Source: Desulfatiglandales bacterium (GTDB lineage Bacteria > Desulfobacterota > DSM-4660 > Desulfatiglandales > HGW-15). From it: 51,939 bases of DNA. The notes below the pieces were generated by a model. It saw nothing but the letters and a program-made list of their open reading frames with translations. It had not been told where the DNA came from and made no database searches. Numbering within the stretch: the stretch's first letter is position 1; each line of letters starts with the position of its first letter. The DNA lies in assembly GCA_030145585.1 (NCBI GenBank), contig JAQYVK010000191.1, forward strand, positions 1-51,939, given 5' to 3'. The position numbers were made by a program, and so were the translations under genes. Below are positions 47,238 to 51,939 of the stretch, piece after piece.

Positions 47238-47782
47238 TTACTCCTCCTGATTCTATGGAGATCCTGTGTGATCCCCATCCCAAGGTTGATCCTCCGTTCG
47301 GGCACATCATCCCGAAAAAATTCGAGCACCGAGGTGAATCCCAAACGTGTGAATTTGCTACGCCTGCATTTTCGCCTGCATGAAAACCTACACCATCGAT
47401 TTCTCGGATTGAGGCCTTCCATCGCGTGATATGGGAGAGGCCGGCCCTCCTGGGGTTCCGGGCGTCGGGATGAGACGTCCTAACCGTTCCTACCCTATAC
47501 CAACGCGGGTGAAGAACCCCGACGAAATCGAATCAGGCCAACCCATCTATGGGTGTGAAAGGTTTTCCTTCAGGCACTGATTTAAACGGAATTAAACAAA
47601 AAATTCAAAACTCTGTTTTTAACATTACAAATTATACTTTACAAGAAAAAAATAAGATGCCCAGACTGCACCGATTGGCCGACCCCTATAAGGCTTGGAT
47701 TTAAATTATTTGACCTTTTTTCACGCATTTCTTTATACTAAACTATAAGTCTTTATAAAATAAGATCTTATTCTTGAATCAA

Positions 47783-47870
47783 ATGTCTGGCGAGGCAGGT
47801 CGGGATGCTGGAGAGTAAGGGAATTCTATTTTTTATCCAGGATCCAGGGGCCAGCATCCAGCATCCGGTA
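47783..47870. repeat. inverted heptamer arrays: degenerate (NNNNTGG) at 47783-47810 and (CC[AG]GNNN) x5 at 47836-47870
   Basis: Right arm reads ccaggat ccagggg ccagcat ccagcat ccggtat. GGATGCTGGA (47802-47811) is perfectly complementary to TCCAGCATCC (47856-47865). The element lies immediately upstream of the small ORF at 47884. Confidence 0.55.
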
Positions 47871-47883
47871 TCTGAGGGGAGTT

Positions 47884-48141
47884 ATGCCCATGGATGATGA
47901 CCTAAAAAGAAATATTAAAAAGATGACGGAGAAGACGGAAATAAAGTTGACCGAATCCCTCCTCCGATGGAAATACAAGAAAGAGGGGAAGGAAATCCCT
48001 GCGGATCAAAATCTTGAATCCCAATCACGGCAGATCATGAACCAGGCCCATAAAACCCTCTCAAAAAGAGGTAAGAGTATCTGGAAAGAATTCAAGAAGG
48101 CCTATCGAAAAAAGGGCGCCGAGGAGGAACAGGGCGATTGA
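47884..48141 (+). CDS. small Lys/Glu-rich hypothetical protein
   Basis: 85 aa. A GAGGGGAG Shine-Dalgarno sequence lies upstream, and its stop overlaps the start of the following gene (TTGA at 48138-48141). I recognise no family. Confidence 0.45.
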   Translation: MPMDDDLKRNIKKMTEKTEIKLTESLLRWKYKKEGKEIPADQNLESQSRQIMNQAHKTLSKRGKSIWKEFKKAYRKKGAEEEQGD

Positions 48142-49307
48142 GCAAACGGGAACGTTTAAATAAGATTCGAATCGGACTTGATGAGGTTGAGGAGCAAAGG
48201 CTATCACCTTGGGCCTGTTTGAGCCGTCACGCGCTAAGGCAGAAAGAGGAAAAAACAATTCTCTTGGGTCACAGGCAACACTTTTCTCTTGATACCGATC
48301 GGATCCTCCATTCAAAGGCCTATTCTCGATACATTGATAAAACACAGGTATTCTACCTCATAAAGAACGATCATATTACTCACCGGGTACTTCATGTTCA
48401 ACTCGTCTCCAAAATAGCCAGGACGATCGGGCGCCTTCTCAGGCTCAACGAAGATCTCATCGAGGCAATCTCCCTCGGGCATGATATTGGTCACGCACCC
48501 TTTGGCCATGATGGCGAAAAGTTTCTTTCGGAACTTTCCAGGCAGCAAGGACTTGGGCATTTTTTTCACAATCTGCAGGGCGTCAGATTTTTAGAAAAAA
48601 TTGAGAGGAAAGGAAAAGGCTGGAACCTCACACTCCAGGTCCTCGATGGTATTTTGTCCCATAATGGGGAGGGACACAGTCAGGCCTTGAATCCAGAGAA
48701 AAACAAAAACTTTCAGAGACTTGAACAGGAAATGGCAAAAGTGGAGGAACACCCCAATACGGAACTCTACCCCATGACCATGGAAGGATGTGTGGTCAGA
48801 ATGGCGGATACCATCAGTTATGTCGGGCGAGATATTGAAGATGCCATCCGGCTAGGGCTTATCAGCAGGGATGATTTGCCCGAAGACTGTCGACAGATTC
48901 TAGGAGAAACGAATGGCACCATTGTCTACACCCTTGTGGAGGATCTGGTCGCCAATAGCCTGGACAAACCTTATATATCTTTCAGTGAAGAGGTGGCAAG
49001 GGCCCTGAAAAAGCTGAAGGACTTTAATCAGCACTATATTTACACCAGCGACAAGGTGAAAAGGGAGACCTCAAAAGTAAAACAAATGTTTGAACTGCTC
49101 TTTGAGAAATACTTGCTGGATCTGGAAAGAGGAAATAAGGCGTCTGATATCTTCCGGGAATTTTTAGACGGCATGTCTTCGGCTTACGGGACGGATACAC
49201 CTTCTGCCGGCATTGTGCGTGATTTTATAGCCGGGATGACTGATGATTATTTTTTGGCTCAATGCCACAAGCATTTGATTCCTCAATCCAAATCGATCCG
49301 GTTCTAG
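48138..49307 (+). CDS. dGTPase-like deoxynucleoside triphosphate triphosphohydrolase (HD domain)
   Basis: 389 aa with FSLDTDRILHSKAYSRYIDKTQVF, THRVLHVQLVSKIAR and LGHDIGHAPFGHDGE. The TTG start is uncertain. Confidence 0.85.
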   Translation: MSKRERLNKIRIGLDEVEEQRLSPWACLSRHALRQKEEKTILLGHRQHFSLDTDRILHSKAYSRYIDKTQVFYLIKNDHITHRVLHVQLVSKIARTIGRLLRLNEDLIEAISLGHDIGHAPFGHDGEKFLSELSRQQGLGHFFHNLQGVRFLEKIERKGKGWNLTLQVLDGILSHNGEGHSQALNPEKNKNFQRLEQEMAKVEEHPNTELYPMTMEGCVVRMADTISYVGRDIEDAIRLGLISRDDLPEDCRQILGETNGTIVYTLVEDLVANSLDKPYISFSEEVARALKKLKDFNQHYIYTSDKVKRETSKVKQMFELLFEKYLLDLERGNKASDIFREFLDGMSSAYGTDTPSAGIVRDFIAGMTDDYFLAQCHKHLIPQSKSIRF

Positions 49308-49505
49308 CCGGCCGATTCCCCACCCGCTTGGCCCCATACTTTTTCATTAAATATGGTTCTTCTCCCAGCCCCCTCGACCTTTGCCCGCTGTTCGTGTGGC
49401 GGGCCTGAATCCTTCCTGGTCACCATCTCTTTTGGAAATGATCCTTAAACATTTTTTTCGGCCTGCAATGTCATTGTGATGATCGAACCGGTCTTAATCC
49501 ATGTA

Positions 49506-49533
49506 CCACTTTTATATATAAAAGTGGTTGACA
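49506..49533 (+). promoter_or_regulatory. perfect 22-bp palindrome abutting a TTGACA hexamer (possible operator / -35 element)
   Basis: CCACTTTTATATATAAAAGTGG (49506-49527) is immediately followed by TTGACA (49528-49533). A direct repeat aaataagt x2 follows. TATAGT at 49558-49563 is 24 nt away, so no canonical -10 sits at the right spacing. Confidence 0.3.
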
Positions 49534-49817
49534 AAAATAAGTCAAATAAGTAAAGGGTATAGTCACTTATCATTGTACACGATGGTCTCGCCTTCTGTGA
49601 GTTGCAGCTCCGTGGGTCTTGGAGGTTGTGAACCATTGTATTTCACAAATCCTGTTTGAACTGAATTTTTTGTGTGGCTGAGTGTCAACCCGATTTGAAC
49701 CATTCTTACATGTTAAAATCTGGCTTTCATATAATTTCCTAAAACACCATAGCTCAAAACTATAAAAATCCCTATTCGACTAGACCCCATTGGGTAATTA
49801 AAGGGAGGTCTTGAGAA

Positions 49818-50639
49818 ATGCCCCCATACAGCGAGCCGAAAGAGGGTGAAACCCTGCTAAAACTCAATGATGTCCACATGCGCTTTGGAAAAGTTGCCGC
49901 CTTGGCGGGTGTGGACATAGAGGTAAAAAAGGGTGAGATCCATTCTATTATCGGCCCCAACGGTGCCGGCAAGACCGTCATGATGAACTGTATCAACGGC
50001 CTCTATAAACCTCAACAAGGGGAAATCCATTTCAAGGGCCAAAAAATCAATGACCTGAAGCCGTACCGGAGAGCAGAGCTTGGCATATCAAGGACCTTTC
50101 AGAAAATAGAGTTATTCGGTGGCATGTCGGTTCTCGATAACATCCGCCTGGGCAGACACATTCATCTCAAATCGGGGATTATCAGTGGCGCCCTCTATGT
50201 GGGAAGGACAAAGCGGGAAGAAATATCCTCCAGAAGGTTTATCGAGGAGGAAATTATCGACCTGTTGGAAATAGAGAGCATCAGGCATAAGACCGTTCAT
50301 ATGCTGCCCTATGGCTTACAAAAAAGGGTCGAATTGGGCAGGGCGCTTGCCCTCAATCCGGAGCTCCTTTTGTTGGACGAACCCCTGGCGGGACTCAATT
50401 TGGAAGAAGTGGAGGATATGGCCCGCTTTATCCTCGACATCAATGAAGAGGACCGGTGGAAGGTCACCTGCATTCTTGTGGAGCATGATATGGGTGTTGT
50501 CATGGATATCTCTCACCAGGTCTTTGTTCTGAATTTTGGGAATAAGATTACGGATGGAACCCCGGAAGAGGTCCAGAATAACCCTGATGTCATAAAGGCG
50601 TATTTAGGTGAAGAGGACCTATATGCCACGAGGAGGTAA
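49818..50639 (+). CDS. ABC transporter ATP-binding protein, branched-chain amino acid (LivG-like) family
   Basis: 273 aa with Walker A (GPNGAGKT), the signature sequence (LPYGLQKRVELGRAL), Walker B (LLLLDEP) and the LivG-type C-terminus. A GGGAGG Shine-Dalgarno sequence lies upstream. Confidence 0.9.
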   Translation: MPPYSEPKEGETLLKLNDVHMRFGKVAALAGVDIEVKKGEIHSIIGPNGAGKTVMMNCINGLYKPQQGEIHFKGQKINDLKPYRRAELGISRTFQKIELFGGMSVLDNIRLGRHIHLKSGIISGALYVGRTKREEISSRRFIEEEIIDLLEIESIRHKTVHMLPYGLQKRVELGRALALNPELLLLDEPLAGLNLEEVEDMARFILDINEEDRWKVTCILVEHDMGVVMDISHQVFVLNFGNKITDGTPEEVQNNPDVIKAYLGEEDLYATRR

Positions 50640-50647
50640 AGGGTTAA

Positions 50648-51939
50648 ATGCCAAGATCTGAAATAGAGATCACAAAGGATCTGACCATACCAAAGCTTTT
50701 CCTTCAGCAATGCAAAAAGTTCGGCAAGAACAAGGTCGCCATGCGGGAAAAGGAATTCGGGATATGGCGCCCCATTTCCTGGCAGGATTATCTAGAAAAC
50801 GTCAAATACCTATGCCTTGGGATGGTTGAACTTGGATTGAAAAAAGGCGACAAAGTGGCCATGATCGGGGACAATCGCCCCGAGGGCCTTTGGGCTGAGA
50901 TGGCTGCCCTGTGTGCCGGGGGGATCAGCGTTTGGCTTTTTCAGGACTGTATGTTGGATGAGGTAAAGTACATTATCGATCATTCTGACAGCAAGTTCTT
51001 TATGGGAGAAACCCAGGAGGAAGTGGACAAGGCCATTTCAATAAAAAAGGAGTGTCCCAAGCTGGAATGGGCCGTCTGGGACGATCCCAAGGGCATGAGA
51101 AACTATGACCAAGATTTTCTTATCAGCCTAAAAAAGGTCCAGGAACTTGGAAGGGCATTGGACGAAAAAGAGCCCGCCCTCTTTGAGGATCTGATCAATA
51201 ACGTCCATGGAGATGATATTTGCCTCCTTTTCTATACCTCAGGCACCACTGATCTTCCCAAAGGGGCCCTCCTGAGTCATTGGAATATGCTGACCATGGG
51301 CCAGAACCTCATGGCCGTCGATCCTTGCTATGATACCGATGATTTTGTTTCCTATCTCCCCTTCGCCTGGATCGGAGAGCAGATGATGTCTATCTCCTGT
51401 GGTCTTCAGGTGGGCTATACCATCAACTTCCCGGAGGAACCGGAGACGGCGAGGGAAGATATCAGGGAGATCGGTCCCCATGTCATGTTCGCACCTCCCA
51501 GACTCTACGAGGGCATGACCCGTCAAGTCCAGGTCAAATATATCGACGCCACCTGGATTAAAAAAAACATCTATGAATTTGCAACCAAGGTGGGATACAA
51601 GGTCGCCAATCTAAAGTTTGATAAGAAGCCGGTACCCTTGTATTGGAAATTTTTGAACTGGATGGCCTCGATCTCCATGCAGAAAAAATTAAAGGACCAT
51701 CTGGGCATGTCCAGGCTCAGACACGCCTACACGGGGGGGGCGGCCATGGGGCCGGACCATTTCCGTTTCTTCCATGCTTTGGGAGTCAATCTGAAGCAGA
51801 TATACGGTCAGACAGAAATTGCCGGTATTTCCATTGTGCATAGGGACGGTGACGTGAAATTCGACACGGTGGGAACCCCAATACCGGAGACCGAAATCAA
51901 AATCACTGAAGATGGGGAAATCATATCCAAAAGCCCTTC
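50648..51939 (+). CDS. AMP-dependent acyl-CoA synthetase/ligase (long-chain-fatty-acid-CoA-ligase-like), 3' end beyond the window
   Basis: Not in the ORF track because there is no stop codon. Hand translation gives MPRSEIEITKDLTIPKLFLQQCKKFGKNKVAMREKEFGIWRPISWQDY... with the AMP-binding motif LFYTSGTTDLPKGALLSH and YGQTE. This is the usual partner of LivG-type ABC genes in aromatic/fatty-acid uptake clusters. Confidence 0.85.
   Translation, partial: MPRSEIEITKDLTIPKLFLQQCKKFGKNKVAMREKEFGIWRPISWQDYLENVKYLCLGMVELGLKKGDKVAMIGDNRPEGLWAEMAALCAGGISVWLFQDCMLDEVKYIIDHSDSKFFMGETQEEVDKAISIKKECPKLEWAVWDDPKGMRNYDQDFLISLKKVQELGRALDEKEPALFEDLINNVHGDDICLLFYTSGTTDLPKGALLSHWNMLTMGQNLMAVDPCYDTDDFVSYLPFAWIGEQMMSISCGLQVGYTINFPEEPETAREDIREIGPHVMFAPPRLYEGMTRQVQVKYIDATWIKKNIYEFATKVGYKVANLKFDKKPVPLYWKFLNWMASISMQKKLKDHLGMSRLRHAYTGGAAMGPDHFRFFHALGVNLKQIYGQTEIAGISIVHRDGDVKFDTVGTPIPETEIKITEDGEIISKSP

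Noticed and set aside
47238-47883. RNase P RNA, SRP (4.5S) RNA, tmRNA or a tRNA in the long rpsB upstream region.
   Set aside because: I could not find the hallmark motifs on either strand. These are GAGGAAAGTCCGGGC and ACAGAANCCGGCTTA for RNase P, GGAAGCAGCC-type helix-8 sequence for SRP, a tRNA-like GGTTCGAATCC T-arm, or the tmRNA ends. The identity is left open as a finding rather than called.

Overview
51.9-kb gene-dense chromosomal window with about 48 protein-coding genes. I recognised no rRNA, tRNA, CRISPR array, transposase or integrase. Gene content suggests an anaerobic Desulfobacterota-like (deltaproteobacterial) organism; this is inference only.

Layout, left to right:
(1) 1-4.9 kb: 5' part of a xanthine-dehydrogenase-family Mo subunit, a GG-terminated MoaD/ThiS-like beta-grasp protein, a Cys-rich CxxC..CC protein, a LonC-type Lon-like protease and Hsp20.
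(2) 5.3-11.5 kb: accessory-looking catabolic cluster (MFS/OFA transporter, isochorismatase-like hydrolase, amidohydrolase-2, BKACE/DUF849, DUF1786, small zinc-ribbon ORF).
(3) 11.5-15.7 kb: CHASE2 Ser/Thr kinase, PP2C phosphatase and a double-FHA protein.
(4) 16-20.2 kb: RNase G plus a fused TIGR03960/TIGR03936-type radical SAM protein.
(5) 20.6-23.5 kb: pilS-pilC.
(6) 23.9-30.7 kb: methylmalonyl-CoA module (biotinyl carrier, carboxyltransferase, Na+-decarboxylase beta subunit, small membrane subunit, split methylmalonyl-CoA mutase).
(7) 30.9-34 kb: lower benzoyl-CoA pathway operon (SDR, Had, BamA/Oah).
(8) 34.3-47.2 kb: housekeeping block (rlpA, ihfA-like, coaD, rsmD, pssA, psd, tsaB, rseP, dxr, UDP-glucuronate decarboxylase, cdsA, uppS, frr, pyrH, tsf, rpsB).
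(9) 47.9-51.9 kb: small Lys-rich ORF, dGTPase-like HD hydrolase, LivG-like ABC ATPase and a 3'-truncated acyl-CoA synthetase.

The most unusual sequence-level signal is non-coding. At least five intergenic spacers carry arrays of degenerate 7-8-nt tandem words. These usually occur as two arrays in inverted orientation around a hairpin-rich spacer, and each locus uses a different word.

Other points of interest are a 165-nt near-perfect hairpin between two decarboxylase genes, a 650-bp structured region upstream of rpsB, a 12-aa x4 acidic repeat tail on ribosomal protein S2, and the LonC / Cys-rich / beta-grasp gene trio.

All coordinates of small elements were hand-counted. All homology statements rest on recognising motifs by eye, not on searches.
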